From IMG/VR virus record IMGVR_UViG_3300009506_000001, positions 32,001 through 96,000 of that record: 64,000 bases of DNA; one strand, given 5' to 3'. A model generated the notes under the pieces. It was not told the DNA's origin, did not search any database, and saw nothing but the letters and a program-made list of their open reading frames with translations. Position numbers and translations under genes: made by a program. The stretch is from a virus. Below are positions 26,871 through 36,317 of the stretch, in pieces. How positions within the stretch are numbered: the first letter of the stretch is position 1; every line of letters starts with the position of its first letter.

Positions 26871-28657
26871 TAGTCCTCCTTGATGTAACTGAATCCCTTT
26901 GTCATTTGTATTGTCATCACATTATCAAAGGCAGCGTTTATTTCGTCTCTGTGTGAGATCACATATAGTGATAGTTTCTCATCACGGGACTTCCGTTTTA
27001 GCATTTTAGCAGCAGCCTGGACACCAACAGCGTCTAGACCAACATCTAGCACTTCGTCCAGCATGCATACATTGATCTTTGTGTGCAACTGCTGCAGGAC
27101 ATCTCTGAACGCAAGCGATAGTGCCAAATTAACACGAGCACGTTGGCCGTTCGAAAGGTTACCGAAGTCTAGCGGATGACCGAACTGGTTAATCTCAGCG
27201 GTCAACTCATGCGTAAACTCAACAGTATGTGGCAGACCAAGATCACTCAAATACTGTTGCAGTTTCTTATTTAGGTACGGAATGTTCTTGTTCAGTAGAG
27301 CCTTACGGACAAAACTATCCTTCTTTGTCAACAGCTTATGCAAAAACTTTTGGTGATCAATAAGTTTCACGAGAGCATTGGTTTCATCGTGCACAACTGG
27401 ATCCAGTTCAACGGCCTCAAGTTCCTCGAGAGGTTCGATGTATGGATTGACGGACTCCTTGAGATCCTCAATGCGGGTTTCAATGTTAGCAGCTTGGCTT
27501 TTGATTTCCAAAAGCTCATTCAAATTGGATACGGTGATCGTTTCTTTCACGGCAGCCAATTGCTTGGTGAGATCGTCTGTCTCAGCATCGTACGTAGCGA
27601 GGCCTTCTTCGGCTATCTTAACCGCTTCGGTCTTCACTGCAATCTTGTCGTGCAGTTCCTCTATCTTTTCGTCTGCGTCAGCGAATTTCTGTAAGCAGTA
27701 AGGACACTTCTCATCTTGGAGGTGTCCAAGTTCCTTTTGGTACTTGGCAAGGTCTCTTTCGATGCGTTTTAATTCTGTTGATACTTCTCGCTGCTGGGCA
27801 ATGTTGGCGTTAATGTTACTCTCGAGAATATTCTTTCTCTCGTGAGCCTCACGCTCTGCCTCAACATCAACATCCGCCACCTTAGCAAGTTTCGCTTCTA
27901 ATGAGGCAATTTGTTTTTCATTTTGTTGCTCCCAACCAACAACACGCTGCTTGGCAGCCTTTAACTGCTGTGAATGTCTTTCGTGCTCACGCTCAAGTTG
28001 CGTCTGTTTGGCCTTGACGATCTCAAGCCTCTGCTCATTTTCCTTGATGGTAGTCTTGAGTGCCTCAGCCTTTTCGGTCAGGGTTGTGAGGTCAAATAAT
28101 TCCTCAATGATTCGGGTCTGGCAAGCCTGCGTTGGATGCCTTACAGGCAAATCCAAGAACGGAATGTGGATTGCAGAGAAGACTACAATGCGGCTGAATA
28201 GCTCGTGTGGAATACCAATGACCTCTTCGATGGCCTTGTTTGTATTGGACACGCTATCACGGGTGCGTTCGTCTTCGTCTGTGAAATCGTAAGATCCTTC
28301 TTTCACATAGTATTTGACATAGTTGCCAGCAGCGTAAGACTTTGACTTACGGACACGCTTGATGTGGTAATATGTACCGTCCTTTTCAAAGGTAACAGTG
28401 ACTTCCATGTTCTTTTTGTTGATGTTGTTGACAAGGTTGTCGAGCGAGATGTTGGACAGCGGCTTACCGTAAACAGCGTAAGCGAGTGCGTTGATGATGA
28501 CAGTTTTACCAACACCATTAGCACCAGTACCGCCAGATGTGTTATCAAGGTCCTCACCAACAATAAGTGTTGTGCCATTACGATCCAGTTGGACGACCGT
28601 CGTGTTATTACCGTACGACATGAAGTTTCGCATTGTGATGGAGATGAATCTAATCAT
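26870..28657 (-). CDS. gp46: Recombination endonuclease ATPase subunit (Rad50/SbcC-like)
   Basis: NFMSYG, GANGVGKT, CPYC zinc hook, LSNGQ, LDEVLD, VISH. Confidence 0.95.
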   Translation of the reverse strand: MIRFISITMRNFMSYGNNTTVVQLDRNGTTLIVGEDLDNTSGGTGANGVGKTVIINALAYAVYGKPLSNISLDNLVNNINKKNMEVTVTFEKDGTYYHIKRVRKSKSYAAGNYVKYYVKEGSYDFTDEDERTRDSVSNTNKAIEEVIGIPHELFSRIVVFSAIHIPFLDLPVRHPTQACQTRIIEELFDLTTLTEKAEALKTTIKENEQRLEIVKAKQTQLEREHERHSQQLKAAKQRVVGWEQQNEKQIASLEAKLAKVADVDVEAEREAHERKNILESNINANIAQQREVSTELKRIERDLAKYQKELGHLQDEKCPYCLQKFADADEKIEELHDKIAVKTEAVKIAEEGLATYDAETDDLTKQLAAVKETITVSNLNELLEIKSQAANIETRIEDLKESVNPYIEPLEELEAVELDPVVHDETNALVKLIDHQKFLHKLLTKKDSFVRKALLNKNIPYLNKKLQQYLSDLGLPHTVEFTHELTAEINQFGHPLDFGNLSNGQRARVNLALSLAFRDVLQQLHTKINVCMLDEVLDVGLDAVGVQAAAKMLKRKSRDEKLSLYVISHRDEINAAFDNVMTIQMTKGFSYIKED

Positions 28658-29723
28658 GGACTACTCTTATTTCTTTATATTGTTGTATGAGCATCTTGTT
28701 GTCAATGTGATCACTTTCGATACCTTCGAGCATCATTATGACCAAATCATCAACACCTTGAAGTTCGACATTGTCCCAATCGATGTCAGCTTCTGTCTCG
28801 GAAAGAGCGGTCTTAATTTCAGGTGACTCTTCCAGTACGAATTCTCGGAGTTGGTAGTTGTCGAGAAACTTCTGTTTCAGATACGTACTCTCCTCGAAAG
28901 TGATAGGAACATCAACAAGGCAATTGACACGGGCATCAGGGTAAAGGATATCTTTACGTTTCTCCTTGTCAAGAATGTCGGTTAGACGAGTCTTGGTATA
29001 CCGAGGTAGCTCGTCCCAATTCTCAAACCACATCTCGTCACTTTCGTGGTCGTAAATCATCATGCCACGATCATCATCACCTGCATCACCAAAGTCCATT
29101 GGGAATGTATTACCAATGTAAACAACGTTAGAATCAGGTTGAGTCTGGCGTTTGTGGAAGTGACCGGACACAATGTGCTTTGGACCTTTGAAGTCAGCAC
29201 TATCAGGACCGGTTGGCATTGTGATGTTGTAACCCGTAACAATGAAGCCTTTGAATTCAAAGTGCCCTGCCCAAAAAGGAACGTCAAGGTATTGCATCAA
29301 GTCGGAATACTCTTCGTGAAATAAGTAAGGTGCAAAGAGTACCGAACCCATAATTTCGGAACGAACAGTCGGCTGGTCAATAATGACAAAGTTTTTGAAT
29401 TCGCTGTGTGTTACGACCGAGTGAACGTCACGGGAGTTTCGATAGTACAGGTCATGGTTGCCGACAACGAAGTATACAGGCAGACCAAGAGCATCCAGCA
29501 TTTTTGCTCCTTGGTAGGAGTAATGCAGGGTGTGGATGTTCAACGCACTGCGGTTCTCGTTCCAGTCGCCTAGGAACGCAACGTAATCAATGTCATTCTT
29601 TTTGACTTGTTCGCAGAACCATTCAATGTAGCGAATACAATCCTGATTGTGCTGAATCGAGTTTGCTTTCTTACCGAAATGAATGTCGGTGAAGTAGGCT
29701 CCTCGTTTTAGCCTATGACCCAT
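28650..29723 (-). CDS. gp47: Recombination nuclease subunit (Mre11/SbcD-like)
   Basis: TDIHFG, GDW, GNHD, GHFE, SGHFH. Confidence 0.95.
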   Translation of the reverse strand: MGHRLKRGAYFTDIHFGKKANSIQHNQDCIRYIEWFCEQVKKNDIDYVAFLGDWNENRSALNIHTLHYSYQGAKMLDALGLPVYFVVGNHDLYYRNSRDVHSVVTHSEFKNFVIIDQPTVRSEIMGSVLFAPYLFHEEYSDLMQYLDVPFWAGHFEFKGFIVTGYNITMPTGPDSADFKGPKHIVSGHFHKRQTQPDSNVVYIGNTFPMDFGDAGDDDRGMMIYDHESDEMWFENWDELPRYTKTRLTDILDKEKRKDILYPDARVNCLVDVPITFEESTYLKQKFLDNYQLREFVLEESPEIKTALSETEADIDWDNVELQGVDDLVIMMLEGIESDHIDNKMLIQQYKEIRVVHD

Positions 29724-29756
29724 AAACCACCCTTTTTCGAATTTTTATTTTTAGGG

Positions 29757-30491
29757 TTAAAATTCTAATATGTCCGATGATTGTTCATCGACATGTTTCT
29801 TTTCTTGCTCGAGTTGTTTTCTCAACCTTTCGTTTTCTTCAAAATCTTGTTCGTCATGAGCAAAGTTTCTATCATGCTGCTTTTCGTTTCCAAAGGCAAC
29901 ATTTTTCGTTTTTTGTTGCTCCTCATACGCAGCCGTATAGGTAAAAGAGGGTGAGAGACCCTGGCTAACAAGCACTTCGTCCCTGATGTCACGCTGACGA
30001 CGCTCTTGGTTCAAATACTGTATGAATGAATTCTTGACGCACTGAGTAAAGAAGGCAAACGCATTTGTGCTCCGTTCAGGATTAAATGACTTCCAAGTTT
30101 TCACCAATGACATTAGAGCATATGCCTGCATGTCATCATTGTAAGTGTAGTTTGCAAAGTTCCCCTTTTTACCATAACGGGCAACCAACGTCAAAAGCAT
30201 ATGGGCAAGTTTGTCGGTCATCTTGTCCTGTTCCTTGCTTTTCACAGCCTCTGCAAGAAGGTCAGCATTGTTTAGATAATTGGTTTTACGCTTCTTTTTA
30301 GGTGCAACGACAGGGGGCTTGCTTGAAGTTTTCTTGGCAGCAGCCTTCTTCTTGGCTACTTTCTTTTTAGCAACCTTCTTCTTTGTGACCGCTTTCTTTT
30401 TGGTAACGGCCTGCTTCTTGGTAGGAGCCTTTTTGGTAACGGCTTTCTTTTTGGTGACTTTTTTCTTCGTGGTCTTTGTTGTTTTCGCCAT
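29757..30491 (-). CDS. gp55: Late-transcription sigma factor with a histone-H1-like Lys-rich N-terminus
   Basis: NYLNNADLL, NFANYTYNDDM, FNPERSTNAFAFFTQ..NSF motifs. Confidence 0.85.
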   Translation of the reverse strand: MAKTTKTTKKKVTKKKAVTKKAPTKKQAVTKKKAVTKKKVAKKKVAKKKAAAKKTSSKPPVVAPKKKRKTNYLNNADLLAEAVKSKEQDKMTDKLAHMLLTLVARYGKKGNFANYTYNDDMQAYALMSLVKTWKSFNPERSTNAFAFFTQCVKNSFIQYLNQERRQRDIRDEVLVSQGLSPSFTYTAAYEEQQKTKNVAFGNEKQHDRNFAHDEQDFEENERLRKQLEQEKKHVDEQSSDILEF

Positions 30492-30545
30492 TGTGTTTCC
30501 TATACACTTATTGTTATTATGCCAGCGTATACTTTGAATGGTCCA

Positions 30546-30574
30546 AGTATACGGTGGATTTTACTTCATGTCAA
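30546..30574 (-). promoter_or_regulatory. Near-consensus sigma70 promoter for the gp55-gp47-gp46-ruvC operon
   Basis: TTGACA-17 nt-TATACT. Confidence 0.8.
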
Positions 30575-30578
30575 CAGA

Positions 30579-30586
30579 CATAAATA
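30579..30586 (+). promoter_or_regulatory. Late promoter CATAAATA
   Basis: Upstream of a GAGGAG RBS and GTG at 30613. Confidence 0.7.
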
Positions 30587-30612
30587 TCTCAACAGGATAC
30601 GAGGAGAACTCC

Positions 30613-31221
30613 GTGTTAAAGTTTAAAGCATACGCAAACATCAACGAGGCAACCAAAGAAAAGCTAGACACAAGCAACGATCAGCCTGTTGTAATTGCAC
30701 CAGGACGATTTAATCCGCCTACACGAGGACATCAGCTGATGATCCGTGAGCTGATTGCTTTGGGGCAGAAGCTGAATGCTAAGCCAGTTGTTATTGTGGT
30801 TGATTCGGGAAAGTATGATGAGCGTAATCCTCTCACAGGCGAAGTCCGCAAAGAGTATATACTAAAAATGTTCCCTGGGGTGACCATTCACGTCGCCAAA
30901 AATCCTTATGAAGCAGTTTTTGATCTGCATGATAAGCACGGTGAAGTTCCTGTTGGTGGTGTGACGGGTGCGGATCGTGCCAAGAACTACAAGAACATGA
31001 TCGGCCGAATATTTGGTCCTAAAGAGGAAGAACAGTACGAAGCGGTTATTCTCAATAGAGACCCTGATGCGGTGGACGATGTGGCAGGAGTTAGTGGAAC
31101 GAAAGCTCGTGAGGCAGCAGTCGCAAACGATGAAGGTGCTTTTCGGGCAATGACAGGTCTAGGGCATGAAGATGCAATGCAGCTCATGTCACAAATACGC
31201 AAGGGAATGGGAATTAGTTAA
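30613..31221 (+). CDS. HIGH-motif nucleotidyltransferase (cytidylyltransferase-like)
   Basis: GRFNPPTRGH, NPL, G.DR, SGTKAR; start reassigned to the GTG after the RBS. Confidence 0.85.
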   Translation: MLKFKAYANINEATKEKLDTSNDQPVVIAPGRFNPPTRGHQLMIRELIALGQKLNAKPVVIVVDSGKYDERNPLTGEVRKEYILKMFPGVTIHVAKNPYEAVFDLHDKHGEVPVGGVTGADRAKNYKNMIGRIFGPKEEEQYEAVILNRDPDAVDDVAGVSGTKAREAAVANDEGAFRAMTGLGHEDAMQLMSQIRKGMGIS

Positions 31222-31979
31222 TGGCAACAATTTCGAGAGCATCTGACGTTGAAAACCAATATAAGGTCCGACTAGGAGTAGCAACCAAATACACCGGAAT
31301 GGCTACGGATATCCAAGAGCTCCGTAGGCGTCAAGTTACGTTTAATGTGACTCCAGAAGTAACGGAAAACCGAAACGTCAACTATAAGTCACTGGAACCA
31401 CTGCACATGCCAGGCCAGATATTGGTATATGGTGGCACATCATCACGAACTTTCGCTTTGAACAACGTTCGGCTAATTTCTCGAACCACAAGAGAAGCGA
31501 CAGAAAACATGCGAACGCTACACTTGCTACGAAGTTGGGCAATGCCTTATTTTGGCAATTCATCTACGCTGTCCCCTAAACAGAAGCAAAATCGTGTCGA
31601 TCAAAACTATCAAGGCGGAAATGTACCACAAGCCAACGCAAACCCGGACTCCCGCACAGGAGTTGGTATGGAGCTTTTAGGTGCTCCACCCGACGTCTTG
31701 CTTCTCTCGGCATATTCGGCAGAGGGTGAGTATGTGACGCAGGGTAACAATTCAAAGCGTACAAGAATGGTTGCAACAAACATTCACAATGTCCCTGTTG
31801 TTATTACAAACCTAACAATTCCATATCCATCAGATGTTGACTACATTCCAGCTGAGGATGGTCAGCCAATGCCAAGAATGATGACGATTGATTTGCAGCT
31901 AACGGAAACACATTCACCACAAGAATATAATCAGTTCTCGTTGCAAGATTTTCGTAAGGGAATACTCTCAAACTTTTAA
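31221..31979 (+). CDS. Baseplate / tail-tube initiator-type protein (gp48/gp54-like)
   Basis: GAPPDVLLLSAY, NVPVVITNLTIPYPSDVDYI; precedes the gp53-like gene. Confidence 0.6.
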   Translation: MATISRASDVENQYKVRLGVATKYTGMATDIQELRRRQVTFNVTPEVTENRNVNYKSLEPLHMPGQILVYGGTSSRTFALNNVRLISRTTREATENMRTLHLLRSWAMPYFGNSSTLSPKQKQNRVDQNYQGGNVPQANANPDSRTGVGMELLGAPPDVLLLSAYSAEGEYVTQGNNSKRTRMVATNIHNVPVVITNLTIPYPSDVDYIPAEDGQPMPRMMTIDLQLTETHSPQEYNQFSLQDFRKGILSNF

Positions 31980-31988
31980 GGAACCAGT

Positions 31989-32336
31989 ATGGCATCAAGA
32001 ACATCAGTGCAAAATAGAGAATCTCGTTACACACAGGGTGGAGAGACCGAGACCTATGAAAAGCGGTTGGGGTGGTGGGAGCGTGACATTGACACATTCC
32101 AACCAGATGTTTCCGACATAATTGTGACCATAGCTCCTCAATATGACCGGCGACCAGATAAGATGGCATTTGACTTCTATGGTCGTTCTGGCCTGATGTG
32201 GTTGGTCCTTCAGTATAATAGCATTGTAGACATCAATGAAGAGTTCATTGCAGGCAAGAAAATTCGGTTGCCTGAGCCTTCTCGTGCATCTCTCACCCTC
32301 CTAAATAAGAGAACGGGTGGAGTTCCAGCCGAGTAA
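31989..32336 (+). CDS. Baseplate wedge protein (gp53-like, LysM-like)
   Basis: YDRRPDKMAFDFYG...LMWLVLQYN.I.D...F..GKKIRLP. Confidence 0.8.
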   Translation: MASRTSVQNRESRYTQGGETETYEKRLGWWERDIDTFQPDVSDIIVTIAPQYDRRPDKMAFDFYGRSGLMWLVLQYNSIVDINEEFIAGKKIRLPEPSRASLTLLNKRTGGVPAE

Positions 32337-32346
32337 GGAAAAATGA

Positions 32347-34464
32347 ATGTCAACGCCTACTAACCCTTTATCCAAATATCGCTCCTATGCCTACCAGCAA
32401 ATTTTAATTGCTTGCGATACTACTGAGACCGCTGAGAAATTGGCAGCGAACAATCAGTTTCTGGAATTTCTTCGGGTTAAGGATGCCGAACGTCTTAACA
32501 CCCCTCAGTTCCCCTACGCCAAATACAAGCCATATGACATTGCCCTAGATAAAGGACGAACCGGAAAGTATTGCATTATCATTAATGGTATGCAGGATGC
32601 AGAGTTTGTTATCAACAGCGTTCAGTGGTATAGCACTGTTGTTGCTGATGCAGGTGGTATAGGTAATGAATACTCCACACTAGATGTGGCAGGTGAAATG
32701 GAAATTCAGGAACCACAGGGCGTTCGTTTTATGAACGTGCTCGCTGAAATTGCAGACCAGCTTGACAGCAATGCAAGCGGATTGGTCTTTATGCTGAAGA
32801 CTGTATTTGTTGGACACTCTACTCCAAATTATCAAGATGATGGCTTTCCGGATCCAATCACTAACGTCCGTCCAATACTTTTTTGGATGTCAGATATTAC
32901 TGGTTCGTTTGCTGTAACAGGCGGATCGTACAAGATAGAGTTTGCTGCGATCAATCATGGTGTCTCTAAGCAAAAACACATTCTACATGGAGCGGACCGT
33001 ATCACAATCGACACTGCAAAGGGCAGTGATGGGTGTGAAGCGAATACGTTATCAGGAGCACTGTGTCAGCTTCAGTCTAAAATCAAAGTCATTTACGACA
33101 AATATTATCAGCAAGTTAAGTCGGACGTAGAAAATACAGTTGGTCCAGACGGCAAAAAGTTAATGTTTGAAGGGCGGCAAGTTGAGTATGTAATCGAAGC
33201 GGAAGAACCATTAGATGGCCCAGATTACTTGGTGACTGATTTTAAAGACTCTGCTACTAACACAGCTGAATCAAACAAAGGTGGCATAATTGTTCTGTCT
33301 GGTGAGCCAACGGTTGAGGCTGCTATCCTAGCTATTGCAAAGCGTTGTCCAAAACTCCAAGAGGACTTGGTGGTTGGTGATGGACAAAATACAAAGAGAG
33401 TGAAGTACGTTCCAAAAGTAGCAACAACCATTGAATCAACGGATACAAGCTATAAGATCATTTACAAGCTACGTCGTGTTATTGAATCTCGAAATGATAT
33501 CCTTACCGTTCTAGCAAAACGCAAGACAGATGATCTATCGGACCTGGATAGAAAAATTTTGCAGAATACTCTGGTCCTAGATTACATGTACACTGGTAAG
33601 AATATTGATATCCTGGATTTTGATATCAAGATGGAGATGGGTTTAACTTTGTTCCAGAACATGACAACATCGGAGAACCTACCCTCTACGGGTGAAACTA
33701 CCGATGGTGGTGTAATTGATTCCTCATTAGCAGTTGCAAAACCAATTGACGTTACGGCAACAAAGTCGGGTCGTATACGAAAGAAGACACCAATTTTCCT
33801 TAGCACACGAGCAAAAGAACTTGCTATCAAACATACAAGAAATCCAAAGCGAGCTTTGGACTTTCAGGAAGCATTGAATCGTCATGCCGCAATTGAAAAC
33901 ATTGAGTCTGTTGTAAAGATTCATGGAAATCCTGGCCTGCTAAATTCAGTTAATAGAATGCCTTCTGATATCACGAGTATCAAAAAGGATACTGATACAA
34001 AAGCAACTGTGGATAAAAACCTGCAAACGTCAGATGGAGTGCCACAGGATCAAGATGTTTTTCCATACTGGGAAACAATTCCTGCTATTGTAAAGATCAA
34101 TATCAAGATGCCATCGACATATTTCAGTGGAGCTCAGAATTCAGGTGACTACAGCGAGCCATTTTGGTACGAAGGTTATTATTATTGCTATGCAATAGAA
34201 CAGATGTTTGACAATGGTGAGTTTGTGCAGAAGTTGCATATGGTTAGTATCCCAAAAAGTTCAGCAGAAGAGAACCAACAAACCGACAAGTCGAAGACAG
34301 AACAGACAACTCAAACACAAACAGAAAACCAGGTAACGAAGACGTCGGGTTCTGGTACAAGTGCTGGTACATCTGGACAGGCGGCACCACTTGTGATTGT
34401 CATAGATAAAGATGCATCTTACTATACTTCAAAAGAATACCAAGAGGCTAATACCGATCAATGA
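32347..34464 (+). CDS. Baseplate hub protein (gp27-like)
   Basis: NPLSKYRSYAY, DYMYTGKNIDIL, IHGNP, F.NGEFVQKL; precedes the spike gene. Confidence 0.6.
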   Translation: MSTPTNPLSKYRSYAYQQILIACDTTETAEKLAANNQFLEFLRVKDAERLNTPQFPYAKYKPYDIALDKGRTGKYCIIINGMQDAEFVINSVQWYSTVVADAGGIGNEYSTLDVAGEMEIQEPQGVRFMNVLAEIADQLDSNASGLVFMLKTVFVGHSTPNYQDDGFPDPITNVRPILFWMSDITGSFAVTGGSYKIEFAAINHGVSKQKHILHGADRITIDTAKGSDGCEANTLSGALCQLQSKIKVIYDKYYQQVKSDVENTVGPDGKKLMFEGRQVEYVIEAEEPLDGPDYLVTDFKDSATNTAESNKGGIIVLSGEPTVEAAILAIAKRCPKLQEDLVVGDGQNTKRVKYVPKVATTIESTDTSYKIIYKLRRVIESRNDILTVLAKRKTDDLSDLDRKILQNTLVLDYMYTGKNIDILDFDIKMEMGLTLFQNMTTSENLPSTGETTDGGVIDSSLAVAKPIDVTATKSGRIRKKTPIFLSTRAKELAIKHTRNPKRALDFQEALNRHAAIENIESVVKIHGNPGLLNSVNRMPSDITSIKKDTDTKATVDKNLQTSDGVPQDQDVFPYWETIPAIVKINIKMPSTYFSGAQNSGDYSEPFWYEGYYYCYAIEQMFDNGEFVQKLHMVSIPKSSAEENQQTDKSKTEQTTQTQTENQVTKTSGSGTSAGTSGQAAPLVIVIDKDASYYTSKEYQEANTDQ

Positions 34465-35915
34465 ACGCTGAAGAATTTCCACTCATAACCGTTGGCACTG
34501 TTGTCGATACAAATGATCCACAACAGAATGGCCGCCTACGTGTCAATTGTCCTAGATGGGGTGATACCCCTGACACGAAAGTTACGGATATGGCGTGGGC
34601 CGCATATGTTTCACCGTTTGGTGGTATTCTAACACGTGGTTATCGGGGACCTGAGAATGTAACAACAGGTGGTCCAGTTGCTTATGGTATGTGGGCTATT
34701 CCAAAAGTTGGCTCCCTTGTTCTTTGTATGCTAGTAGATGGCGATCCAAACCACCGTGTGTGGATTGGATGCTTGCAAGCGGATCACATGATGCATACGC
34801 TTCCAATGGGACGATATCTGGATGGTGGTGAAACGGGCCCTGTATCTTCCACAGAGCAGCCAATAGAACCCCTTGCATCTAATATGGATGAGGCATTTGG
34901 AACTGCATCGGGAAATTACGAGCGTTTAACACGAGGTACAGAAGGACAGGCTGCATCTATTAGTAATACGATAATTGATAAAGTTGTCAGTGCAAAGGCT
35001 GATTATCGTCAGAGTATTTTTGATCGTACGGGTTACCAGCACACTCGCATTCGCCCTGATATTGGATTTGCAGAAACAGAAGGTGGGAACTTTGATCCAC
35101 AGACGTATAGTTTGACAACACCAGGGCTGCACTCGTTCGTTATGGATGATAGTTTGAAGAATGGAAAGATTCGTATTCGCTCAACATCTGGCAACCAAGT
35201 CATTCTGGATGATACAAATGAACGTATCTACATCAGTACAGCAGAGGGTAAAAGCTGGGTTGAGCTAGATCAGGCTGGCAACATTGATGTCTATTCTGAT
35301 CGACGCATTTCGATGCATGCCTTGAAAGGATTCAACTTCACAACAGAGGGTGAGTTTAGAGTATCAGCGGGCTCAATTCACCTTCGAACACAAACAGGAA
35401 CTCGCATCGAGGCTGATACAACAATCGATATTCGCTCAGGAACAACATTGAATGCAAATGTGGGTTCAACAATGAGCCTGAGTGTTGCCTCTAACCTTGA
35501 TATTCAGACTGGAGGGTATTTCAATACCACATCAGGTGGTGCATATAATGTGACGTCTGGTTTGACATTGAGACTAACCTCAAGTGGTGTAATGGATTTC
35601 CAAGCAGGCGGCAATCTGAACCAAGATGCACCAGAAATTCATTTGAATGACGGATTATCATCTGCAGCAACCGGAGCAAGCACGACTGCAGCCACCCATG
35701 CATATACAACAAGCCGTGTGCCAATTCATGAACCTTGGGGTCGAATTTCAAATAATTCGGCACTAACGGATCAAGACGTATCCACGAATGCAATTGCATC
35801 TGTGTTGAATATGACAAACACTTCAGGCACACTGGAGCTTTCATACACAAGTGCAGATGCAAACAAAGTAGATTTGGGTGATAATTTGGGTCGAAATGAC
35901 AATTGGCGACGTTAA
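34461..35915 (+). CDS. Central spike protein (gp5/VgrG-like: OB fold plus beta-helix, no lysozyme domain)
   Basis: GTVVDTNDPQQNGRLRV, YGMWAIP, SGNQVILDDTNE, RVPIHEPW. Confidence 0.85.
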   Translation: MNAEEFPLITVGTVVDTNDPQQNGRLRVNCPRWGDTPDTKVTDMAWAAYVSPFGGILTRGYRGPENVTTGGPVAYGMWAIPKVGSLVLCMLVDGDPNHRVWIGCLQADHMMHTLPMGRYLDGGETGPVSSTEQPIEPLASNMDEAFGTASGNYERLTRGTEGQAASISNTIIDKVVSAKADYRQSIFDRTGYQHTRIRPDIGFAETEGGNFDPQTYSLTTPGLHSFVMDDSLKNGKIRIRSTSGNQVILDDTNERIYISTAEGKSWVELDQAGNIDVYSDRRISMHALKGFNFTTEGEFRVSAGSIHLRTQTGTRIEADTTIDIRSGTTLNANVGSTMSLSVASNLDIQTGGYFNTTSGGAYNVTSGLTLRLTSSGVMDFQAGGNLNQDAPEIHLNDGLSSAATGASTTAATHAYTTSRVPIHEPWGRISNNSALTDQDVSTNAIASVLNMTNTSGTLELSYTSADANKVDLGDNLGRNDNWRR

Positions 35916-35945
35916 ATAAATACGTAACAACCTAGGGAAACTTAC

Positions 35946-36317
35946 ATGGCACTCTACAAAGGCTACAGCACATTTGAGTATGAACGCAATAAGTCGCTCA
36001 AAATCACTGACCTCGAACTGGTAAAGTTGGATATCCTGAACCAAATCTTTACCCGTAAAGGCGAGCGTGTTATGATGCCTAATTTTGGGTCAATAGTCCC
36101 TGATATTGTTTTTGAGCCGTTAGACGACGTAACTCTTGCAATTCTGGAAGAAGATTTGAATGCGGTGGTAAATTTTGATCCTCGTGTCGATCTGTTAGAA
36201 TTCAGTTTGCAGCCTGATTATGACAATAGTTTGGTCACGGTTCACATGAAATTACTTTTTGTCGAGTTCGATCTTGTAGACGATGTCGACCTGAATATAC
36301 TCTTTGAGGGTTCATAA
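35946..36317 (+). CDS. gp25: Baseplate wedge protein
   Basis: TRKGERVMMPNFGS..FEP...FDPRV; late promoter at 35915-35922. Confidence 0.9.
   Translation: MALYKGYSTFEYERNKSLKITDLELVKLDILNQIFTRKGERVMMPNFGSIVPDIVFEPLDDVTLAILEEDLNAVVNFDPRVDLLEFSLQPDYDNSLVTVHMKLLFVEFDLVDDVDLNILFEGS

Noticed and set aside
30613-31221. Nucleotidyltransferase as the donor-making enzyme for the GSP modification
   Set aside because: This family is widespread in T4-like phages, and nothing in the sequence links it to the tag.
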